Source: Leidyana gryllorum EB-2025a
Lineage: Eukaryota; Protista; Apicomplexa
Reading direction: 5' to 3'
DNA: 64,000 nucleotides
Assembly (NCBI GenBank): GCA_048772705.1
Contig: JBLWGC010000230.1
Location: forward strand, 1,302,001 to 1,366,000
The position numbers and the translations under genes are program-made. Within the stretch, counting starts at the first letter, position 1, and each line of letters opens with the position of its first letter. Below the pieces are notes generated by a model. That model was given only the letters and a program-made list of their open reading frames with translations, was not told the DNA's origin and ran no database searches. Of this stretch, positions 27,001 to 39,000 are shown piece by piece.

Positions 27001-30000
27001 GATGAACTCATCATGGCGTTCATTCGGGGCGACCCCCGAGCTATGGAAGACTTTGTAACCCTCCAGGACCTCGCAAAGACCCTGACGGAGGCGCGAGCGC
27101 ACGCTGCCGCCCTCGAGGAAGAGCTTGCATCCCTCCCACCACCGGTCGATCTGGAATCCGACGCTGAATCGTCAACAGCCCTTGAGGGTATGCCAGCCTC
27201 AGTTGACGACGATCTGAAGATCGTTGGCGACGAGCAGAGGAGATTGCGGTTGAACTTTGAGCTGCTGAGAGCCAAACATCGTTGTAAAGTATTACTGGCT
27301 CGGTGGCATCTGAGAAGAGCTCCAGACGCAGAACACCACAGAGTGTACAGCCAACGACTTCGAAACGCTCGCATTGAGGCCAGAGATCAGATCCGAGCAG
27401 CCCGTGCACACTATGATCTTCATCACAAGTACACTACTCGTTATGTTCTCAACCGTCAACGTGAAATGCTGATCCAAGCCGTTCGTTTAGCGGCATTGGC
27501 AAATGCACGGGGCGAACGACCTGTAACCGTTCGTACTCGTTCCACTGTGTGGACAGGCAGAGCCCCAGAGGTTGACAGAGGACCGTGGGTACCTCCCCCT
27601 CCGACGGAGCTCTGGGGCGACTTGGCCACTTTGGATCTCTGTTACCTTTTGGATCACAACCTCAAGGCCAAACTCGGCAACGAGCGTTTGTTCAAGATGA
27701 AAACTGGAGTTAGGGCCAAGCCAAAAGTCCGCCTCGATCCGATTATGCAAGGACTCGGTGGTAGATGGACGCCTAACCCCGAAGAAGTTATTCAAAACTT
27801 GCTGGCAATTAATGATGAAGAGCCTCCCGCGGTGTCAACGCGATCCTTCCCCTTCGGTTCCGTATTTGCCTCACGAAGTGCTGTTCAGTCGTTCTTGTCG
27901 GAAGAGGCCGAGGCAATGGAAGCTGCTGAAAAGTTGCTGAGAATTGAGAATTGGAGCCCTGGAGCTCCCCTGGACGACGACGGGTTCTGGGAATCACTCC
28001 CCACCCAAACCGAGCCGTCTACCACACAGGAAGCCGAAGATGTACCCCGCCAGACCGAAGGGGCTAATAGTACGAAAGCCAAGGCTACCAAGAAGTCGAG
28101 GGCCAAAACGGGCGAGGCGTCCAAGTCTTCTCTGGACGTAATCGTACTTCCTCCCCCGCCACCGGCACCCGTCAGCGTCGGCAGTACTGACGTAATCGTA
28201 CTTCCTCCCCCGCCACCGGCACCCGTCAGCGTCGGCAGTACTGACGTAATCGAACTTCCTCCCCCGCCACCGGCACTCGGCGGCACTGTGGATCCACCAG
28301 CGACAGTAAGCGTGGAAGGCCCGACCTCCGCTGCCTCGAAGTCTTCCTCGCCCGGGGATCTGAAACTCGAAGCCACACAGGGTTCGCAGGCCCCCACGTT
28401 GGATGCTCCGATCTCAGAGGCTCCCATCCCATGTGCTGACATCACTGGAGCCCCTGTGACGGTGTGTCAGAAGGTCCCCATTCCGCAGGGTGGCCTGACG
28501 GAGGACGGACGGGATACTTCCGTATTGAGAGCAAAGAACGTTGATTCCGCACCCGCTCCGCTGCCCGCGCAGACCGAGAAATCAGGTGCTCAAGTTGACT
28601 CCCACGTCCATCCCACCAAAAACACAGCTCTGGTACCAGAGAAGACGGAAAGGCCACCGCTCAAGGCCACAGCGGAGAGGCCGGCTCCCCCTATCCCTCC
28701 TGCCCCAACTCGCTCTACGGAAATGTCGCATACGTCGGAGTCTGCACCAATAACCGGTCAATCCGACTCATTGGCATCAGTAGCGGCCGCAGATGGGAAC
28801 GCCACTAAGCCCTCTGGGGTCTACCCGGAGACTGTCGAGGCGTCTCAGGTGACTCCCTCAAGTGAATCACTTGAGGCGACTTCGGGCAAAGAGGTCCCCG
28901 TCGCCCAGACAGCACCTGCGGACTTGGCACCGATCTCTGCGGATACGACAAAGAAGGTTGAGGCGACCTTGTCCGAGGATCATCACATCGCCAACACAGC
29001 CCAGCACACAACTCCGCATCCTGCTGAGATCAGTGCCGAAGCTGCAGCCACCGATATGTCCTCAGTCCCGATCCCGGTGTCTGAATCCGCCGATTGCTCA
29101 GGCAGTAGGCCTGGTGGTCCGCCGGATTTGCTCGATTGGCAAGATGAAAATGATCAGAGTGCAGAGCCAGCTGTATTGGCCAACAGACCGTCAGTTGCCG
29201 GAGACGCACCAACGAACCACCCTGTTGGGTCGAGTGTCGACGACGAACAACCTGTGCCGCCGCCGTCCGCTGTGAAAAGCGAGATCAAAAAAGAGACTTC
29301 TGTCAACGCGGCGACATCATCCGTTGCACCAACCACTGCACAGCCTCTGACTTTAGATACTGACGGAGCCAATCAGAGTGTTTCGGGCGGCGAAGTGTAT
29401 GAAGCAGAAGCCAATGGCGACCGCCAAAGACAAGGCGAAGGTCGCATTGACTCCCCCGCGAAGGTTGTTCCTCGAGTCGCCAGTGGGCAGGAAGGGTCTG
29501 TCCGCGAAGGCAAGGCTAAAGTCGAAAAAGACAAGAGTAAAGCGAAGCAGATAGATGAAGCCGGCAAGGAGGGCGGCACTGGAGTCAATAGAGCTCCACC
29601 CAGCTCCGAAGCTGAACCCCAACAGAGCTCTCGAGACGTTCCTAATGCTTCGACGAGAAAAGGTGACGACAAGACAGTGTTGACATCAGTTGAAGCACCG
29701 CACACGCGAGTTACGGAAGCAACTTTTGTTGATCCAGCGTTACAAGTCGCGAACGAGGCAGTTGTGGTGGACCCTGAGACGACGGATCCAGTGAACTATC
29801 CTCCTGCTGCGGAAGGTTTGCCGCTCTGCACACCACACGTGGAGCCGAGTAGAGAGACTGACAAGAGAGAGACTGACAAGAGCTCTGCCCCGTTGATGAC
29901 GGAATCCCCCCAGACGGCAAAGAAGGCATCCGCAGGAGCGGATTCGTCCCATAGGTCTCAGAAACCACCGGTCCATCGGTCGATTGACGCTAAAGGGGAG

Positions 30001-33000
30001 GCACCTGGAGCTGAGAAGTCTCATCTCGGAGCTTCCGCTGATGCCAAGAAGAAGAGTGCGGGCCCAGTAGAGACGCAGACACCCCAGCGAATTGCGGTTG
30101 GAGGGACTGACAACTCAAATACGGAGCCGTCTCGTGACACATCATTGTTGCCCGGTTCCGGAGCTCGAGTTCATTCTACGGAGACGACACGCTCGAAACA
30201 GATGGAGGCTTCCGCCCCTCGAAGAGTCCGCTCGCCCCCGAAAAATGACCCATCTCGGACACAAAAGGGTCCGAAGGGAAGAGGCCGCAAGTTAGACTCT
30301 GAAGCACCGGTCTTGAGGCAACCTCTACAGTCGCCAGAAACCAAACGAGACCTGAAGGGGGTCCCGCCTCCCGAGAATAAGCGACCGGGAGCGTCGCTGA
30401 CACAGACGCCATGTTCGACTAAGGTTGAAAACCTCCAGAGGGGCAACGTCCCGAAAGTGTGCAAAGAAACCGAGGGTATCGCAGATCGTGGTGAGCCTCA
30501 GCAAGGTCCAAGTGAGCGAGATCCCGTCTCTCCCGCTACGGTGTCGGTTAAGAAAACTGTACAGGCTGAAAGTGGTGCCCCCCCAGTGGAAAAGATCCAG
30601 GCGACGCCCAGAGACACATGCCCACCCAATGTTGCTGAGGAACCGGTTGAAAACGCTAATTTGGCAGAGCAACATTTGGGTGAAGACAATCAGTCCCCAG
30701 TCGCGCCAATTACAACCGGTGGGAAGTCACAGGCTGCCACACCTGCAGCAGAAGTTCGCGAAAGAGAAGAGCACCAGGGCAAAGGGCGGCCATGTGAGCG
30801 TCTGATTCCCCCCACTGGAGCAGCCCAACCAGCCTCTGCAGCTCCCCTGGATGCTGGCAACGGAGTGCAGTGCACAACCACTGAGGGAGACAACTCAAAG
30901 GAGAACTTGGCAGCGATCAATGAGGAATCACACAAAGCTGCAAGAGAAACCGACAACAATGTCACGATGAAAGCGAAAGGCGGCGAATGGAGAGATTTGG
31001 TTGTCAGACCCGTACTGCTGGAAGGAGGTTTAGAGCACCCCAGAGATATTGAAGGAAAGCCGGAGAGTTACAAACGATCAAAGCTGTCGCCGTACGCGAG
31101 CCACAAACCAGAAGTGGAGTTCGATTATGATGATCTGAGCTCGGAGGATATTCGGTCCAGCGCGAAAGCTGGAACAGCGGAGGTCGCGACTGCCGGTGTG
31201 ACCAGCAGCCAAGCAGCGATTTCGCAAATCCACACTGAATCGGCGTCTCCTCCAGCCTCCGACCCACCCCCGCCTTCGAGTCGACGAGAACTTCCCATTG
31301 AGATCAACCCCGAGCCGGCTGTGCAACTTCGTCATAACGAGGAAGACTCGATCGACAGTGCGAGTGAGATCATGGAGGACGACGACGACTCGAGTAGGAA
31401 GGAAGACGAGCCAGAGGCCGACGATAGTCAAGATGATGAGCAGTCACCAAGTGGAGGTGAGGAGCCCGGCTTGAGGCCACAGTCTTCGGTTCCGCGATCC
31501 GAGTTTGGACATATAAGTGTGAAGCAGCAATTTATCGAGAGTGTCCGAAGCTCCTCCCGCTCGTCGGGCTCCGTTGAGCAGAACGAGCTCCAGGAGGAGG
31601 TCAGTGAGCAGAGTGGTCTCGACTCGGGTTTTGAGTCTCAACAGACAGACCAGGAGCTTCCTAAGGAAGCGGAAGATACTATTGATGAGCAAGTCGAGGA
31701 GAAGGTGGTGTCTCCGGCGCCTTGTCCCGCTGCCCCTCGGCTCCCCGTGAGGTTACCCTCAAATCAGCAAACCCCTGCTGTGAGCCGACCGCCGTCTCAG
31801 GGCTATGAGAACGCGTATCGCGTCAATGGTGGTGCTTGGGGCCCGGAATACGAGCGGAACGGCCCATGGGAGACTGCTCCGCGATCTCCGTTCGCTCCAC
31901 CTATGCCTATCAGATACAATGTTCCGCCCTCAGGCAGCTATCATTGTGCCGCGGCCGTGGGAGGTGTGGTTCAATACGTTCCTCCTCCTGGTGAAATACC
32001 CACAGCTGTGGCTGGAGTGGCGATAGGGACTCCGTTCATGGGTTACAGTTTCCAGATCACCTTCAGCACCCCTGCGTGGTTGCCGCCGCCGTCGATCGGA
32101 ACCCCGAGAATGCATCCGGTAGACATGTCTCCACAAATGGGACCAGCCCAACCACCACCTGCACCCTTCACTCCTATGTACCCTGGCCAGTCCCCCTACG
32201 GCCCTCACAGCCACCCAATGGCTGATCAGATGTACGGTGTATATGGCCCTCGACCACCAATGAATTACCATCCAATGCCTCATCCGTCTTACCCATACTC
32301 CATGGGCTTCCAGCATCTATACGCTCCGCCATCTCCTGCTCCAGTATACCCAACACCGCTCGGGGCTGCGCCTTACCATCCGTATGCCGATGCCCAAAAT
32401 CAGACGTGGGCAACAGGCCCTGTGTGGCCCAGCGGGCATAATCCGAATATGGTACCCCACGGCTATCCACCTGCCGCTCCCGAGACAGGTGGAGAACGAG
32501 GGGCAGTACCAATGCCAAACACAAGCAGTGGAGCTCCACACTATTCCCAAGGAGGTGAGATTCCCTTTGGAGCCCTGTTAGGACCACAACGTTCAATGTC
32601 AGTCGGATACGAGGCCTCAGAGGCACGGTTCAACCCACAGGAAACGGTGCTCAGTTCACAGATACCGTCCCAACAGTCCAATGTCGAGCACTCGGGAAAG
32701 ATGAGCAATGTAGTTAGCATGGATCCAGCTGCTGACACTCATCCGATTGTGACAACAACGACACACAATGTAACCACCAGCGTCGCAGATGATCAGGAAG
32801 ATGACGTAATCGTGGAGCAAGGATGGAAGTTTGCCCCAGCTGAAGAGGCTCGGACTCAGACTCGGACTCAGACTCAGACTCAGACTCAGATTATCGAGAA
32901 CGTCTTCGTTGGGCACACTGGAGATGAACCCGTTAATATGGAGGAATACGAGTTGGTAGAAACTATCGTAGTGGACGAATCTGATGAGGAAGCGGAGGGT

Positions 33001-36000
33001 GAAGAGATCGAAGCAGATCGCTCCGAGAGCGAGGGTCAGGCAGACCCCTCCGAGAGTGAGGGTCAGGCAGACCGCTCCGAGAGCGAAGACCGCTCCGAGA
33101 GCGAGAGTCAGGCAGACTGCTCCGAGAGTGAGGGTCAGGCAGATCCTTCGGAGAGTGAGGGTCAGGCAGATCCTTCGGAGAGTGAGGGTCAGGCAGATGC
33201 TTCGGAGAGTGAGGGTCAGGCAGATCCTTCGGAGAGTGATGGATGCTCTGACGGTGTCCAACTTGGAATCACGCGACGTAACAGCTCATCGGATGATGAG
33301 GGTGGAGATGATGGTGGCCAGCACTTTGGTCCTTCTCAGGGTGGGAGAGGAGGTATGCAGTCGGTTGTTCACACTCAACAGAATGAGAGCCATGGAGGGC
33401 ATCGCAAAGGTGGCCAGACGAAGGGTCCCGCTCGGCAGGCAGCTGACGTGGACGCTCAAGAGCAATCACCAGGTCAGCAACCATTGAAGTGGACAGTATC
33501 AGCTGGTGACCGCAGTCCTGAGCCGGAGAGGCCTGATATAAGAGGAAAGGATCATTTAGGAGGAGAAACAGATGTCGACAGAAAGCCCCCCGGCACCAAC
33601 AATGACAATGAAGTTGCTACGGATGACCGGAGCACATATGATTTTATATGTCAAACGACAATGGTACATCGGAGCGGATTATCAATGAGTACGATTTCGC
33701 CAAACCCGGGATCGGCGACCCCAACCGACGGCGGATTTGTGGGATCTGAAACCATCAATGAGGATGGAGAAAGTATCGCGCGTACAGCTTTTGTCCTCCG
33801 AGGCCAAAACCTAACTACCAGTGCCGGCAAAAGCACAGTATCTGCGTGTCTTCCTGATACCTCAACCCGCACTGTAACGAAAGTGATAAGTGTTGAGTCC
33901 GTATCTCTGAAATCGCAGACAGAGTTCAAGGAGACGAGCACCAGTCCAGCCAGCTTGTCTGAAGTAGAGAGTGTGTACAACCTCAGCATCACAAATGCTG
34001 TCACGAGCCCTCTCAGGACCGCCCGCAGCACCCCGTGTCGTGGTACGACGAAGAAAGATGAAACCTTAATGGCCCAGGAGCCCTGTTCCGCCCCTCAACG
34101 ATTGAGTGAGATGTCTCCTACGGTGGAGGATGGACTGGCAGCCTTTGAGAAGGAACGTCAGCAGTACATTGAGTTTATCGCGGCCAAAAGGGCAGAGATA
34201 ACTCGAAAGATCCTCGCATGGCAACCTGAGGGGGTAGAATTGAGTCCAACCATTCGATTGCAAGAGGAGGAGGAAGAAGAAGATGAAGCTGCATCGTCAG
34301 TTGAGGGCATCAAGACTTGGTGGTTCGACGATGACTCACCCCCATCAAACGAAACTTATGATGCCGAGGACTCTCTGTTGACTGTGCACGGGAAGATCGT
34401 CAGACACTTATACATGTCGGGCCAATATGGCGACTGTGACGGCCACCCCCCACTGCCCCCAGGAAGACGTCGAGTGTTCATGTGGCACGGCCCACAGCCA
34501 CTGCATGAATCGGTTGTGGACGGAGAGAAGTTGGTGGACTTCACCGCCCCGATGTGTCGACTAGATACCAACCAAGGGAAATTAGTTCTATGCGCCCAGA
34601 GGAGTAGAGCGCGCAAAAGCCTTCGAAGAATCTTAGACAACATCTGGCGCCGACCCGACAACTTCCCACGAATGGACTCAAGGGGCTGGCAGAAGATCCA
34701 ACCTTTGTTAATGACTGGAAAAGTGACCGAAAAGTTGCAGAGTGAAGAATGGCCCTGTATCATTCGCGACCTTTCCCTCTCTGACTTTTCATCTCCCGAC
34801 GAGAGCGACGATGACGCTCCTGTTGCTGCTGCTCCACCGGTACAAGGGTCCCCGTATAGCCCCGAGACCTCGCCGGACAGTGGTTCTGTAGAGGATGACA
34901 CAGATTCTCCTGACCAAACGGCTCCTGTGCCGCCATTACCAATTCCTGAGCTCAAGTCCGGAGACATCACATCCCCCGTCACCCCAAGTTCCGAGGGTCA
35001 CAGCCCGGAGCAGTCAGGCCCCACGGGATGTACTTCCGATCCGTACGCCACTCGCCACGGCAGTCCGGTTAACCACGGCACCGCTGAGCATAGTCCCGAT
35101 CCGTACGCCACTCGCCACGGCAGTCCGGTAAAGTACGGCACTCGCCAGGACAGCCCAGATCAGTACGCCACTCGTCACGGCAGTCCGGATGAGCACGTAA
35201 TTAGTCCGGATAGTCCCGATCAGTACGACACTCGCCACGGCAGGCCGGATTGGTACGCCACTCGCCACGGCAGTCCGGATGAGCACGTAATTAGTCCGGA
35301 TAGTCCCGATCGCCACGGCGGTCCGGATCGGTACGATACTCGTCAGGATAGTCCCGATCAGTACGACACTCGCCACGGCAGGCCGGATTGGTACGCCACT
35401 CGCCACGGCAGTCCGGATGAGCACGTAATTAGTCCGGATAGTCCCGATCGCCACGGCGGTCCGGATCGGTACGATACTCGTCAGCATAGTCCCGATCAGT
35501 ACGACACTCGCCACGGCAGGCCGGATTGGTACGCCACTCGCCACGGCAGTCCGGATGAGCACGTAATTAGTCCGGATAGTCCCGATCGCCACGGCGGTCC
35601 GGATCGGTACGATACTCGTCAGCATAGTCCCGATCAGTACGACACTCGCCACGGCAGGCCGGATTGGTACGCCACTCGCCACGGCAGTCCGGATGAGCAC
35701 GTAATTAGTCCGGATAGTCCCGATCGCCACGGCGGTCCGGATCGGTACGATACTCGTCAGCATAGTCCCGATCAGTACGACACTGGCCACGGCAGTCCGG
35801 ATTGGTACGACCTTCGTCAGGATAATCCCGGTCAATACGACAGTACTTGCCAGGACAGTCCGGATCAGTACGGGACTCGCCAGGGCAGTCCGGACTGGGA
35901 AGACGGTGGTGAGGATAGTCCAGATCGGTATGGAAGTGGCGAAGGTAGTCCGGTTCAGTGTGAAAGTGATGAGGATGATTGCGATATGGAGTCCCCGCCT

Positions 36001-39000
36001 ATCTGCAAGTCTGGAGGGGACTCTCACTCCCCACCCGCTCGTTGCAAATCCGGCTACGAGGCATCAGTTGATGAGTTTGTTGAGCCCGTCGACTCGCCAG
36101 CTCTCGTACTGACCCCTCCGCTTGATGAAGATGATGAAAATGTGTTTGTGGGGCGTGATGGAGATGTGTTGATGGTGAAAGATCGCGAGGACGGCGATTA
36201 TAGGCCTGCGGTGGGGCGTGATGGAAATGTGTTGATGGTGAAAGATCGCAACCACCGCGATTATAGGCCTGCGGTGGGGCGTGATGGAAATGTGTTGATG
36301 GTGAAAGATCGCAACCACCGCGATTATAGGCCTGCGGTGGGGCGTGATGGAGATGTCGACTCGCCAGCTCTCGCACTGACCCCTCCGCTTGATGAAGATG
36401 ATGAAAATGTGTTTGTGGGGCGTGATGGAGATGTGTTGATGGTGAAAGATCGCGAGGACGGCGATTATAGGCCTGCGGTGGGGCGTGATGGAAATGTGTT
36501 GATGGTGAAAGATCGCAACCACCGCGATTATAGGCCCGCGGTGGGGCGTGATGGAGATGTCGACTCGCCAGCTCTCGCACTGACCCCTCCGCTTGATGAA
36601 GATGATGAAAATGTGTTTGTGGGGCGTGATGGAGATGTGTTGATGGTGAAAGATCGCGAGGACGGCGATTATAGGCCCGCGGTGGGGCGTGATGGAAATG
36701 TGTTGATGGTGAAAAATCGCAAGCACCGCGATTATAGGCCCGCGGTGGGGCGTGATGGAGATGTCGACTCGCCAGCTCTCGCACTGACCCCTCCGCTTGA
36801 TGAAGATGATGAAAATGTGTTTGTGGGGCGTGATGGAGATGTGTTGATGGTGAAAGATCGCGAGGACGGCGATTATAGGCCCGCGGTGGGGCGTGATGGA
36901 AATGTGTTGATGGTGAAAAATCGCAAGCACCGCGATTATAGGCCTGCGGTGGGGCGTGATGGAAATGTGTTGACGGTGAAAGATCGCAAGCACGGCGATT
37001 GTAGGCCCGCGGTGGGGCGTGATGGAGATGTCGACTCGCCAGCTCTCGCACTGACCCCTCCGCTTGAGGAAGATGATGAAAATGTGTTTGTGGGGCGTGA
37101 TGGAGATGTGTTGATGGTGAAAGATCGCGAGGACGGCGATTATAGGCCCGCGGTGGGGCCTGATGGAGATCGCGAGGACGGCGATTATAGGCCCGCGGTG
37201 GTGTCGAGAGCTATGGAGCTACTGGAGATGTATCAGTTGCGATGGGCTGCCAAGACGAAGGAGATGCGGGAGGCGCGTCTGCAAGAGTTACGTGAAAAGT
37301 CACAACAGCGTAACTTTGATGCATCAGAGATCGTGGGGTCGATGAAGGAGGTACCCCGACCACAGGGCGCCATATGTGACCAGTACGGGCTCTTTCGTAG
37401 TTTTACTCGATTTGATCATATCAATTACAACCTCGGTTGGTTGCAAATCCACCCCCCCGATGGCCGCTGTTCTCCCGACTGTGTAGGACCTCGTTTTGTA
37501 CTCTTTCCAGAAGGATCACATCTCTTTGTCCACGACTCCAACATTGTTCAGCGGTACATCAAGACGGATGAGAATGGGTTCATGCCGGTGGTTATTTGCA
37601 TAAGCCTGACAGACGAGGACATATTGCCTTTTGGTGAAGAGGAAATATTATGCGGTCACTCTCATTGTCGGGGAGGGTTCAACAAAGCCATGGGCGACGT
37701 TCCACTTTGGTATCTGAATGGACACAGCCCACTCGATCCCGTCTTGCTGGGAGGTCCGAGAGAACCATTCCCTGACAACGAGGCTCAAATTATCATGGCT
37801 CTGCGTCCCCGTCCTTTCCGATATCGACTTCCGCCCCCCCATCGAGTCGAAGATGTGTCAACGGCTGAAGTGGACGCGGCTCACGCGTCCTATAGGTTCG
37901 ATTTACTCCAAACTCGACAGAGGAAGAGAGCTCTCTCACTGCCGACAAATCGCTCACACTCAAGATGGATTGAACACAATCGACCAGAGAGAGCTCGATC
38001 AGACTTTGGTGGCGACGGCGATCAGTTCAACGAAGGAGGTTCGGGCAATGGAGACGATCCATTCACTCCCATCCCAGCACAGGCCACCAGCAGCAACCCT
38101 CAGCCGATATATCAAAAGGGACGAAGCTCAGGCCCGATGAAAGAGCTGTTGCGGTGTCTCCAAATGTCTCGCGAGCAGCAAAGCTGCGAGAGTTCACTTC
38201 AGGGTGACCGGCCTCAGCGCCCGCGGCTGCCAATGCCGACTCTCGGAAACGAAGATTACATGGCTTATGGTAACAAAGAGTCTGCGCTTCGACAATCGCT
38301 CGGTGGGGCCGCCCAAGTAGTAGAGTTTGCCTACGAGTCTATGTCCAGCCCAGAAGGGATTGACTTGTCGCCCGAAGAGTCTCCACCGGATGGAATCGTT
38401 TTCTACGAGGAGTCGCCGCCTCAAGACACAATCATTTTCTACGAGGAGTCCCCGCCTCAAGATTACCCCTATGAAGAGAGTCCTCCTGGCGAGACCGACC
38501 CATATGTCCATCGAGACTCCCCACCTGATACAGCGGAAGTGGGATACCTGCCTGACATGAGTCAACAGAGACGTCAAACAGCTCATCGTAGGAGCAACGC
38601 GGAGTGTTTTGCGTACGCGATGGAAGATGAAACCGCCAGTGACTATGAGCCCCGTAAGTAACCTGACCTGAGCTGTCTCCTCACCATTGCGCGCTTCTGT
38701 AGAACTGTTGCCTACCGACCACCACCAGATGGTATCTTTGATGCGACCTGTTTTCGTTGATGTTGCCAGCGACGACAGTTGCAGATTGCACAGCTCCTCG
38801 TCCGCAGGCTCGCGGGCATTGGCGACACCACACTTCCGGCAATCGTCTGTCTTCGTCGATTCCCCTCCGGCTACTACCCCGCAGCCCCCCTCAGGCCGCG
38901 AAGATGCTCCAGCCGTTATATCTGTTGGCACACCGACTGTTCGAGCCGTTATATCCGTGGAGTCGCCCACCACTCTCCCGGCTCACACCGCTCAGTCTCC

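Noticed and set aside
19865-37051. Long antisense or alternate-frame ORFs (19865..21457, 18963..19976, 35014..36027, 35999..37051, 36064..36993, 15941..16882)
   Set aside because: They are shadows of stop-poor tandem repeats and GC-rich codons of the giant ORF, with no independent protein-like signal
35038-37200. CRISPR-like appearance of regularly spaced repeats
   Set aside because: Units are multiples of 3, in frame, with repeated rather than unique spacers; there are no cas genes and the context is eukaryotic
1-38661. Giant ORF as PKS/NRPS, dynein/midasin or nidovirus-like replicase polyprotein
   Set aside because: No KS/A/C-domain, AAA, RdRp or helicase motif sets seen; AAAGKGT (about 4378) and TSAGKST (about 33817) lack proper Walker A spacing and context
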